NCBI RefSeq assembly: GCF_001194135.2
Contig: NC_068999.1
Location: 29,598,147-29,649,833, forward strand
Reading direction: 5' to 3'
Source of the DNA: Octopus bimaculoides
Lineage: Eukaryota
Length of the DNA stretch: 51,687 bases
The translations under genes and the position numbers were made by a program. Under the pieces are notes generated by a model. It saw only the letters and a program-made list of their open reading frames with translations. It did not search any database and was not told the DNA's origin. This document shows, piece after piece, positions 1 to 11,483 of this stretch. The first letter of the stretch is position 1, and each line of letters begins with the position of its first letter.

Positions 1-27
1 TGTATATATATATATATATATGTATGC

Positions 28-75
<48 letters not shown>

Positions 76-76
76 A

Positions 77-109
<33 letters not shown>

Positions 110-135
110 TATACATATACGTGTGTGTGATATAT
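1..135. repeat. (TA)n/(TG)n compound microsatellite
   Basis: Alternating TA and TG dinucleotide runs read directly. Confidence 0.95.
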
Positions 136-288
136 ATATATGTGATTTATGACACATTATTTTAATGATCATTAAAATAAAAGAAGTGATGTTAAGTATT
201 CACAGTGAAAAATTGTTATAATATCATGAAAGAATATACACCACATTCATAACTTACAAAACATATTTGGGCATGAGATTTTAATGGG

Positions 289-3200
289 CATGTCGGATGG
301 CAATCTGGTATCTTCCATGGTGTTCACGGGGTCCATGGAATTGGTCCCCAAAACAAAGAGGGAACTAGGCTATTGGAGTTCTGTGATGCATGCAACCTAT
401 TAATCTGCAACACTAACTTCAGGGAGCCAGCTAGCCACCTGAAAACCTATCAATCAGGTGACTCTGCTAGCCAGATTGATTTCATCCTCACCAGACAGCG
501 GGATGCAAGGTTGCTCTTGAATACAAAGACCCTCTGTGGTGAAGAATATACCTGACAGCATGGACTAGTTATTGGTGACTTTAGACTCAAAGCCAGAATA
601 ATGCCAAGAAGTAGACCTATTCAGAAAAGAAAGATTTGGAGACTAAAGAACCCTTCACATGGTCAGAGATTTAAGGGCATCCTCATTGAAAAATTTGATG
701 AAAGAAAGGAGGAGCTACTGACTTCGGACATAGAGAGTAACTGGAAATTCCTACAGAACAGCTCACTGAGTGCCACAGTCCAAATCTGTGGCTAGTGCAA
801 AGTCCTTTCCAGACCTAGAGTAACGTGGTGGTGGAATAATATGGTAGACAAGGCCATTAGAGCAAAGAAACAGGCTTGGAAGAGTAGGGGTAACAGGGAA
901 GTGTCCCAGATAGCCAGAAGGGAGGCTGAGCGACAGGTCTACATAGCCAAGGGAGAAGCAGAAGAGAAGTTTGCTAATGTTCAGTGACATGAGGACCAAA
1001 GAACTTGAGGTATTTCAGATTGCAAGACAGTGTGTTAGAGAAAATTGTGATGTCATAGGAGAGAAATGTGTCCGCATGGATGATGGTGCACTTGCTTTTA
1101 ATGATTCTGCAAAGAAAGGTTTGGAGAAGCCATTATTAAAGGCTGCTGGATGTGGAAAATGAATGGGAGGACGAGAGCCTGCCAGATGTTGACCCAACAG
1201 AGGGACCAGCTACCCGAATAGATAGCACTCTGGTAGATAAAGCAATTAAGGATATGAAATCAGAAAAAGCTCCCAGCCCATCAGGAATCACTGCTGAGGT
1301 GCTTAAAATATCTGGTATGGGTTATGGCCTAATCACCTGTATTGTAAATCAAGTAGTTCACGAAGAAGTCATACCCAATGACTGGCAAAGCAGCACCATA
1401 GTCAACTGCTACAAAGGTAAAGGTGATGCTTTAGATAGAAATAACTACAGGGGTATTAAACTGTTGGATCAGGTGATGAAGGTCATGGAGAGGGTCATAG
1501 TCTAACTAATTAGGGAGAGTGTATGCTTACATGAGATGCAGTTCGGTTTTGTGCCAGGTAGAAGCACCACTGATGCTATATTCCTTGTATGGCAACTGCA
1601 GGAGAAATATATAGCCAAAGATAAACTCCTATACTTGGTTTTTGTGGACTTGGAGAAAGCTTTTGACAGGGTCCCCTGGTCCCTTATCTGGTGGGTGATG
1701 CGAAAACTTGGGATTGATGAGTGGTTAATAAGAGCTGTATAGGCCCTGTGCAGGGATGTCGTTAGTAAGGTAAGGGTCGGCAACAAGTATAGTGAAGAAT
1801 TCCGGGTAGAAGCAGGGGTTCACCAAGGATCAGCCCTCATCAGAGTCCTCCAGGCAATAAGAGAAGAATCACTACCAGGACTAGAGAAGAAATTTCAGGT
1901 GTGGAAGCAAGGTTTAGAATCAAAGGGCTTCAATGATGCAAAAACCAAAGTCCTAGTGATTAGGAAGGCGAACACATCACAAACCCCTTCAGGTAGATGG
2001 CCTTGCTTGATCTGTAGAAAAGGTGTAGGTAGAAACTCCAGAAGATGTACCCAGTGTAAGCTATGGACACATAAGAGGTGCAGCAACATCAAAAGAAGGT
2101 TAACAGGGAAGATAGCTTTTGTGTGCGGCAGATGCATAGGAGCAATAAACACCGCAGATGCTCAAAAAACTGATTCCATCATATGCTAGGGGGAGAAACT
2201 AGAAGTAGTTGCTAGCTTCTGCTACCTAGGTGACCAAGTCTGTAGTAGGGGGTGGATGCTCGGAGAGCGTTGCCACTAGAATAAGAATAGCCTGGGCAAA
2301 GTCTAGAAAGCTCCTACCTCTACTGGTGACAAAGGGCTTCTTGCTCAGTGTGAAAGGTAGATTGTATGATGCATGTGTGCAAACTGCCATGTTACACAGC
2401 AGTGAAACATGGGCCGTGACTGCTGAAGACATGCATAGGCTCGAAAGAAATGAAACTAGTATGATCTGCTGGATGTATAATGTTAGTGTGCACACATGAC
2501 AGAGTGTAAGCACCCTGAGAGAAATGTTGGACATAAGAAGCATCAGATGTGGTGTGCCAGAGAGATGACTGCGCTGGTATGGTCATGTGCTGCATATGGA
2601 TGAAGAGAGCTGTGTGAAGAAGTGTCGCTCCCTAACAGTGGAAGGAACCCGTGGAAGAGGGAGACCCAGGAAGACATGGGATGAGGTGGTGAAGCATGAC
2701 CTTCGAATGTTGGGCCTCACAGAGGCAATGACAAAAGACCAAGACCTCTGGAGATATGCTGTGATTGAGAAGACCCAACAAGTAAAGTGATATCACAGCT
2801 GTAACCTACACCAGTATTGCATAACCAGCCCATTTAAAAAGTACCTTTGAATCGTTGGGCAACTCACCATGCTTGAGGAGACCTATTGAGTCAAGTAAAA
2901 TCAAAAATAAAATCATAATCAAATGGAAATTGTAGTTGTGGTCAATGCCAGTGCCGCCTGACTGGCTCTCATGCTGGTGGCACGTAAAAAGCACCATCCA
3001 TACATGTTTGATGCCAGCCCCACCACCCCAACTGGCTCCTGTGCCGGTAGCACGTAAAAAGCACTATCCGAACGTGGCTGATGCCAGTGCCGCCTGACTG
3101 GCTCCCATGCCAGTGGCACGTAAAAAGCACCCACTACACTTTCGGAGTGGTTGGCGTTAGGAAGGGCATCCAGCTGTAGAAACATTGCCAGATAAGATTT

Positions 3201-3293
3201 GAGTCTGGTGTGACCTCCTGGCTTGCCAGTCCTCAGTCAAACCATCCAACCCATGCCAGCATGGAAAACAGACGTTAAACGATGATGATGATG
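289..3293 (+). mobile_element. RTE-clade LINE family A, 5'-truncated and decayed (APE C-terminal part, RT, 3'UTR, (GAT)n tail)
   Basis: Broken frames give APE (SQIDFILTR) and RT motifs (NYRGIKLLDQVMK, QFGFVPGRSTTDAIF, VFVDLEKAFDRVP, RGRGRPRKTW). Ends in GTTAAAC(GAT)n at 3281-3293. Confidence 0.92.
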
Positions 3294-6200
3294 TTGGGTC
3301 ATCAGTGACTAAACTGGCAATCCCATCAAGCTTGCTTGGTGAGGAGGGTGATTGTTGGACACCCTGTGGGATGCAAAATAAGACGCGTCAAAGGGCGGAA
3401 GAACTACTGAGTAGTCAACGGCCAATTCAAGTACCTCGTCGCAGTGAAGTGCCTGTGTGCTCCACTGACCCAGGGAGCTATGCTGGAGGGAGAGAAATCT
3501 TCAGGCAGGTCTTACCAGGCCAGACAGGTCAAAGGGTAGGAGACAGACAAAGCCTTAATAACAATAAATCGAAGCATTGGCAGCAGGGCGTGGATTTAGC
3601 TATCAGCAGGACCTAACAGATCAGATTCCTGGCTTTGAACTAGCAGGATGTCATGCAGAGGATCTTGAATACAAGACAGTGGATGAGACCTTAATATTCC
3701 TAATTAGATGGAAACTACAGGACCACATAGAGCAGTGCTCTGTGAATCCTATAGTATGTGCAACTGAAACCTCTATGAATCCACACATTAACAGCACCAG
3801 GGTTAGAGCACCTGACTCAGACATTCCAAATGTTCAAGTAAGTCGCATAAAGACTGATGAAGGTACTTCTTTAAAATCCAGCTGGAAGAGAAGTAGCTGA
3901 TGGCGAGAACAGAGGAATCAAACTTATGAATAAAAAGTACTTGCAAATTGGAACACTCAATAAGATCACTTAAGGAAAAAGAGAAACGTCTAGAGATGGC
4001 TAGCAACTTTAACAAATGCAAACTAAACATCATTGGAGTAGTTGAACACAAGATAGTGCATGAAGAAGACCCTACTCTCATTGAATGACTTGAAGGCTGC
4101 ACATTAATAACAACAAGTGCATGGAGNNNNNNNNNNCTCATTGAATGACTTGAAGGCTGCACATTAATAACAACAAGTGCATGGAGAAGTACTAATGGTG
4201 CTGCAGCAGGAGGGGTAGGATTAGTAATCAATGGTTTGGCAGAGAAAGCATTGGCTGAAGTAATACCATTAAATGACAGAATAGTCACAGCCATGATCAA
4301 CGGAAACCCATCGATCACAGTAATAATCAACTATGCAACCACTGAAGGAAACAAGGATGCAGAGGAGCACTATGAAACACTGACAAATGTTACCAATGAA
4401 ATACCAAAACACCATGTTACTGTAGAGTGCAGTGATTTTAATGCTCATTTGGATGAGGATGCAGTTCACTACACATTCCAGAAGGGGACCAACAAGAATG
4501 ATCAGCTTCTCCTGAATCATGCAGCGGAATGTAATCGTTGCATCACAAACATTCTATTCAAGAAAAAGAAAGGAAAATCAAAGGGCATTTATCTCTGACA
4601 TGAATGGTAGCAAATCCCAAATTGATTACATGCTAATGGTCACTCCCCTACCCTTTAGCAGCGTAGGGGAGTGACCATCGCTTAGTGACAGCCAGACTAC
4701 ATCTTAGTCTATGGACAAGCAAAACTCCTGCAAGGAAAAAATGCTATGATTGGTTTACATTACGAAATACAGAACTTCAACGGCTTTATATGGTTACAGT
4801 GTGTAACAGATTTGCTGAACTATCCAACAACAGGGATACTGTTACAGAGCAATATGGCAAGTTTGTGCAATCAAATGAAGAAGCGGCAACAAAACTGATA
4901 CCGATAAAGAAGAGGATGAAATGGAGAAAGTTAGCTGATGATCCTAGGGTAGAAAAAGCATGCAGTGAAGTACAAGAGGCATTCAGCAACTATCAAAAGG
5001 CTGCCAAGAACGATACTAAACAAACTTTACAAAGATAGAAAGAGGGTCTAAAACAGGTGTATCAAGAGATTCAAGAAGAGGAACTGGATGAAATGATCTC
5101 CCAGGTCGAAAATGCAGACACAAAGAGTAAGCAATGGAGAAAACTGGAGGTTGATTAACTCCATCACTGGTCGCAAAGCTGCAAATCATCAGTGGGAAAT
5201 CAAAGGACGAGAGAATCAAGAAGTGGTACACTCATTTCTACAACTTACTTGTGAAGGATCTAGAAGTTGACAGTGAAACAGAAAACAGAAAATATAGTTG
5301 ACGGTTTGCAAATCGAGAATGGAGACTTCACAAAACAAGAAATAGAATGAGCTACATGTAATCTGAAAGAAGGAAAACAAACTGGTCCTAACAACATCCC
5401 ACCAGATGTGATTTAGACAACATCATCCTTGAATTTACAAACAAACTACTAAATGACAATGTGAAGTCAGAACAATGGTCTGAGATAGACTTGCTACCAC
5501 TGCCCAAAACTGGAGACCTAAGTGATACTGGAAATTACAGAGGGATCAGTCTGCCTTCCATTGTTGCAAAAATGGTCAACAAGATGATGCTTAACTGAAT
5601 ACTACCTAAGATAGACAAACAATAGCAACTAAATCAAAATGGATTCAGGTCAGGACAGTCAACAACATCTCACATTGTTGCACTTCGAAGACTGATAGAG
5701 GGAGTTAAGAGCCATAACAGGAAGGCTATCATTATCTATGTAGACTTTAAAAAGGCTTTTGATTCAGTACATACAGGAATGATGATTAAGATACTTAAAG
5801 CATATGATATTCCACCAAGAATTCTGAGAGCAATAAGTAAGCTGTATGAGAACACCAGAGTGAAAGTGATCACACCTGATGGAGAGTCGGAATACTTTGA
5901 AGTCAAAGCTGGAGTATTACAAGACGACACGCTAACACCTTATCTTTTCGCCATTGTTCTGGACTATGTAATGTGTAGAACGTATGAGGGCAAGGAAGAA
6001 GAACTGGAATTCAAACTGCATAGGCAAAGAAGTAGACGGTATCAAGCAGTAACAGTAACTGACCTAGACTAAGCTGATGACCTGGCATTACTAACAGGGA
6101 GGACAGATTAGGCACATGAGGTGCTGAGCAGATTAGAACAGGAATCGGGGAAGGTAGGATTGTTCTGTAATGCACAGAAAACAGAGCTGCAAGTATTCAA

Positions 6201-6850
6201 ACATGAAATGCCTGTGTCAGTGAAAGTGAGAGATGGTAAGTCACTGAAGGTAGTTGAAAATTTCAAATACCTTGGTGTGTGGACACAAAGTGCTGAAAAA
6301 GACATTGTAGCAAGGAAAGCTCTTGCCTGGAGCACATGCCATAAATTGAGAAAGGTCTGGAGTTCAAAGTTAGCAAGGAAATTGAAAGTGAGGTTGTTTC
6401 TGGCAACAGTGGAGTCTGTTCTCCACAGGGCTGAAACAGGAACTCTCACTAAAGCATTGAAGAAGCAGTTGGATGGTTGTTATACAAGGATGCTTAGAAT
6501 GGCACTCAATGTCTCCTGGAAGAGTCATACAACAAATGCCTACTTATTCCAGGGACTACTAAAAGTAACATTGAAGATACAGCATAGAAGGATGGGGCTA
6601 GCTGGACACTGCACCAGACACACCAATGAAATTGCTAACAAGCTAGTACTCTGGCAACCAACAGAAGCAAAAACCAAGAGAGGAAGGAGGGAGATGACCT
6701 ATATTGACAACTTGCTGGAGGATATTGGTATGGAAGGGGTAAAGAAACTGAGGACCATTATGGAAGATCGAGATGAATGGGGAAAACGTGTGGAAACAGT
6801 CTTGGGGCATCCTATGAGACAACCTAGATGAGAGATAAGATTGATTCAGT
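3294..6850 (+). mobile_element. RTE-like LINE family B, near full length (5'UTR, APE, RT) with stops and frameshifts
   Basis: APE motifs (GGVGLVI, DFNAHL, SQIDYML) and RT motifs (NYRGISL, VDFKKAFDSV, GVLQDDTLTPYLF, ADDLALL, FKYLG, RGRREMTYID). Clearly divergent from family A. Confidence 0.88.
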
Positions 6851-7826
6851 TGTGGAGTCCAATAGCTGCAGAAGCAGCTTCAGTTCTTGTCGACAGTTGA
6901 AAGATTGAGGTCATTTGACCCGCTTAGTTGTACTATGAGATGCAATCACTTGCTAAAAAACACATTGAAGTCCTATATAATAACATCCAATTTCTTCACA
7001 TTTTCAGACATACATTGTTTCTAGGATATACTGAGTATGAAATAAGAACAAGGAATTGAAAAAATATAAAAAGAAAAACAATTTATTTGACATCATACTT
7101 CTAAAGTGACAAAAACAATTGGAGACAGATTAAAGGTCAAAGTATATCAATAGTTTGTTGATGTTTGTTCTGTCACAGAGAAAAGTAGAAAGATGTAATA
7201 GTTTTGAGTAAACTTAAATGGGTTTTTAATAGACATCACACAAGGCCTTTGCTGCCATGGAGGGACATCTACAGTTCGGTTAACTATAAAAATGTTTGCC
7301 TGTAAGCCAGTGTAATGAAGTCAGAAACTAATACATGTATATTAGAAGCAACAAAATAATTCCACAAGCATCATTTGGCTATGAGTTGGGACTGAACACA
7401 AAACCTATGTAAGGAACAAGTAGTGTTCCTAAAATGATAATGATAGCTACTGAAATTAAGATAACTCCTTTTGCAATATTAATTAAGCTATGTTTTAGAT
7501 AAAATGTATTTTAAGATTTGCTAGACTAAATTTGCAACATCTAAAATAGACAGCTGATACATGAATTGGACAATTGAAACTCAGTAGCATTTCTGATATC
7601 ATAAATAAGTAAAGATCAAAATGTGACATTACTGTGAGGTAAAAAAGCTGGCAATTGTAAGGATTGATAAGAATCAGAGGTAGAGGGGGAGCCTGCATAT
7701 ATTAACATGCTGGGGAGATAATATCATCTAGAGATTAACATCAGAGATGACTATTTAGAAATTAACAGAAAAAAATATTTAATGATTGACAACAAGGATA
7801 AGTAGGGTCAAAGTCATTCAGTGAAA

Positions 7827-7832
7827 TTTATT
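7827..7832 (-). terminator. Candidate WTAP poly(A) signal AATAAA (another candidate at 7082-7087)
   Basis: AATAAA on the minus strand about 270 nt past the stop codon. Usage not demonstrated. Confidence 0.3.
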
Positions 7833-8101
7833 CAAACAAAAAGAAAAAAAAAACACCTCTGGAATTGCTTCTGCATTTCCAATTACTGAATCTTAGTGGC
7901 AGTTTCAGGAACACTACATATATGTAAAAGTGGTTTCTGACAGATATCGAAGAGGACAGAGACAAATGGATAAAGATGAAATAGTTGGAATTGTGATCTT
8001 TTGTGGGGACATAAAAAAGTGACAATAAAAATGACTGAATTACAATGAAGAAAATAACATGACTAAAAACAAATGAAATGAATATTTAAAAGCCAATTTG
8101 A

Positions 8102-8837
8102 TTAGTTGTCTTCATCTTCTGACATCACTGATATAGTACCATTATTGCCTGATACTGGGCTTGTCTCTTCACAAATAACATTACTGCTAGTTTTGTCTGT
8201 CCACTTGTTATTGTGGCTGTTTAAGAGGGGACTTTCAGCAGTTAAAGCCTCATCACAAACAGTCTCGGATGTATCCATAGGTGTCTGTTCAACTGTCTCT
8301 TCAGTTAACTCTTTAGCAATTGGACTCATGCTTTGATCAATTTCATAAGTGCCAAATTTAACAGGAAGAGGTGAAGTTTGGAAGTGACTGGAACCAGAGT
8401 TATGATTTAATAAAGGAGATGGCACCCTTTCAGATGACAGTACAGTTGTTGGGGAGTGCACAACCACTGAATTCAATGAACTAATTTGTGTAGTTGACAC
8501 AGTAATATCAGTCTCAGAAGAGCTGGGATCAGCAGTTGGAGATGAACCTGCACTGTGGGGTGTCAATCTGTCACATGCTTCTTCATCAGTTTTACACTTG
8601 TTGTCAAGTTCACTAGATTCCTCAGCAGGAATGCTATTATCAACAGCAGAATCTATTTCCATATTTATTGTTTCTTCAACAACATTTTCTGCTAAATTAA
8701 TGTTGTTCTCCACAATAGTAGTGTTAGTAATGGTGTTGTTATCACAACTATCCTCCTCTTCCTCCTCCTCTAATTCATCATCCTCCTCTTCGTCATCATC
8801 ACCATCATCATCGTCACCACCATCATCATTATCACCC

Positions 8838-8885
<48 letters not shown>

Positions 8886-9324
8886 CCATCGTCATCATCA
8901 TCATCATTATTATTATCTACACTACTATCATTATCAGTAGCACCAATGTATTTACTGTCTTTATTAACAAACATAGGTGGGGAATAGTCATCAGTCGGTA
9001 GTATGTCTTGGACCTGTGGTTGAACACTGTCTGCAATTGTATCATTGTTAGAATCTAGCTGAGACATCACATTGTCTGCAACAGTTACTGGTGTCTCAGG
9101 TTGTTCTGTTCTAGCTACACTAGAAATAGCTGGAGAATTTGACTGTTCACTGGCTGGTTCACATTCAGTTTCATTTACAGGAACAAGAGCTTTGAGCTTT
9201 TTATTTTCTTCTTTTAGTTGGTTCATCTGTTCTTTGGACTCTTTTAACTGTTGCTGCAATAAATATATCATGCTCTGCATACCCTCAACATCTTCATCAA
9301 TCTCAGCCAAGAATTCGTCTAAAT
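8102..9324 (-). CDS. WTAP: WTAP / fl(2)d terminal coding exon (end of coiled coil plus long low-complexity acidic tail)
   Basis: Polypyrimidine tract and CAG acceptor at 9325-9327. Starts in phase 1: (g)at-LDEFLAEIDEDVEGMQSMIYLLQQQLKE, matching human WTAP ELNDFIIQLDEEVEGMQSTILVLQQQLKE as recalled. Open to TAA at 8102-8104. The ORF-track start at 9310 is not a true start. Confidence 0.93.
8750..8906 (-). repeat. Coding (GAT/GAC/GAG)n repeat encoding a poly-Asp/Glu tract of about 52 aa in WTAP
   Basis: In-frame DDDDDDGDDD...EEEDDELEEEEEED. Confidence 0.9.
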
Positions 9325-9469
9325 CTGCATGAAAAAAAAAGAAGAAAAAATATTAAAACAAAATGTTAATATTGTTAACCTACCTGAGACCACACCACTG
9401 GTTCTATGACACAGACTGTTTTAAAGTGATCTAAATTATAAACTTAGATCACTGTTAGGCTGTTATGTA

Positions 9470-9505
<36 letters not shown>

Positions 9506-10095
9506 TAGGTAAGTGGATATGTAGGTAAACAGAAAGATACATAGGTAAGTAGATAGGTACATAGGTAATACAGACAAGCACACACACACACACACACACA
9601 AAAGGAGACAGAAACACATGATCATATACACACACACACTCCATACACATGCATATATATGTGCATACACAAGCACACATGCACACTGATACACACAAAC
9701 AGACAAAAAAAATGCAGCTCCAATAATGGACAGAATGAACATCCATTGACAAAGTTGCAAAAGCAACAAAAATGTTGGACAAAAAAATATAAATAATAAA
9801 TGAGTGGAAATCGAATGTGATTTTCCCCAGACACAACCTAATTTGCTTCAACATACAAGTTCACATAAAGAATCTTGCAAACCAGATACAAAAACGAAGT
9901 AAATTATAAATCTTCCATCAGAATTTTATGTTAATTTGTTCTAGACACCAGCTTAATAACGAGGAAGTTACTAAATTCTTCATTATTTAAAAAATTAAAT
10001 AGTAAGAAAAGCAGTATATGTCAACAGAAATACAGTTACAAAGGGTTTTTAAAACCTATTTCATTTATAACAGCTGAGAGATTCCTGATACAAAG

Positions 10096-10256
10096 AGATT
10101 TCCTGTACAGAGGAGAGATTTCCAGTATAGACGAAAGATTTCCGGTACAAAGGAAATCTCTCCTCTGTACCGGAAATCTTCCTTCTGTACCAGAAATCTC
10201 TCCTCTGTACCGGAAATCTTCCTTCTGTACCAGAAATCTCTCCTCTGTACCAGAAA
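10096..10256. repeat. 20-bp minisatellite with alternating A/B units and an inverted arm
   Basis: Five units (R)GAAATCT(CTCCT/TCCTT)CTGTACC at 10152-10251. About 2.5 reverse-complement units at 10096-10149. Confidence 0.9.
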
Positions 10257-10639
10257 GCTCTCATGGCTCTGCCCCCACCACCAGTACTGGAAGTCTGTCC
10301 ACTGTACCAGAAGGCTCTCATAGCTCCAATCAGTAGTCTCATCCATGTTACTGCATGCAGTAAAGAGACTGCGTTACTTATTTAGTCAATTAACAAGCCT
10401 CCTATTTCCTTGTTACTTACAAATGAATTGACCAATTAGCTGTTTTATTTAATTACTTATCCTTTTACATTTGTATGAATAGTGCTTATATTAACACTTA
10501 TATTACATTACCTCCAATAGAGGCAGTGAATTTTTACATAAATGAATATTGATGGATTAATGCGAGAACAACTGATATGATATGTCTGTTTTCAGACGTT
10601 CATTGAAACCTTCTTTTCAGATGCTGACTGCCAAACCCG

Positions 10640-11483
10640 CCTTGCATGTTCCCTCCTACATTCCTTTCCACTTTTCAGAGTTGATATCGTCAATGTAGGC
10701 TCATTGAAAGGTAGGTCTGGCAAGATTGCTGAGATACTTGAATGGAGGTGTTGATGTTTGCTGCATTCAAGAAGTTAGGTGAAGGGGAGCTCCAGTCAGG
10801 TTCCTCATGGGCAAGACACATAGGTATAAAATCTTTTGAGAAGGTAACAGTGACAAGGTAGGTGGTGTAGACATACTTTTCGCAGAGAAATGGATTGATA
10901 AGGTCATTGAAGTAGTCAGAGTGCACAATAGAGTATACAGCAACAATTATCTCTGCCTATGTCCCCTAGGTGGGTTTGCCAAATGAAAAAAAAAGGACCA
11001 CTTTTATGGTATTCTTTTACAGGCTACCTCAAAGACAAATGACAATGATCTCATCTTCATGGCTGGTGATTTTAATGGATATGTTGGACAACCAGGTATC
11101 TTCCGAAATGAAGAGGGAACAAGGCTACTGAAGTTCTGTGATATGAATAACCTAATGACCTGCATCACCAACTCCAGGAAGTCAGCCAGTCACCTATCAA
11201 TTGGGTGACCATGCTAGCTAGATTGATTACATTCTCATTAGAAAGCATGGTACATGGTTGTTCATAAATGCAAAGACGTCTCCTGGTGAAGAATGTGCCC
11301 CCCAGCACAGATTAGTTATTAATGACTTCAGACTTCAGGCTAGAAGGATTCCAAGAAGCACACACTGGTTTGGAAAGGAAGGATTGGAAACTTAAGGATC
11401 CTCTAAATGGTCAGGAATTCAGGGACACCCTACTTGAGCAATTTAAAGAGAAGGAGGAGGAGCTCCAGATATGTAACATAGAA
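10640..11483 (+). mobile_element. RTE family A, outer copy, 5' part (APE domain)
   Basis: NVGSLKGRSGKIAE, AGDFNG, IDYILIRK. The frame ends ...ICNIE and resumes at 14771 SNWEF. Confidence 0.85.

Noticed and set aside
3415-3465. Possible HDV-like ribozyme in the RTE family B 5'UTR (ACCTCGTCGC resembles an L3 loop)
   Set aside because: I could not build P1/P2/P3 pairings by eye; a descriptor search would be needed.
4077-4186. Exact 50-bp tandem duplication
   Set aside because: The copies flank a 10-N gap, which is typical of an unmerged contig overlap.
8106-9332. Plus-strand ORFs, including a poly-Ser ORF at 8598-8987
   Set aside because: They are antisense shadows of the WTAP acidic exon.
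10096-10256. CRISPR-like array
   Set aside because: The units are contiguous with no unique spacers, there are no cas genes, and the context is eukaryotic.
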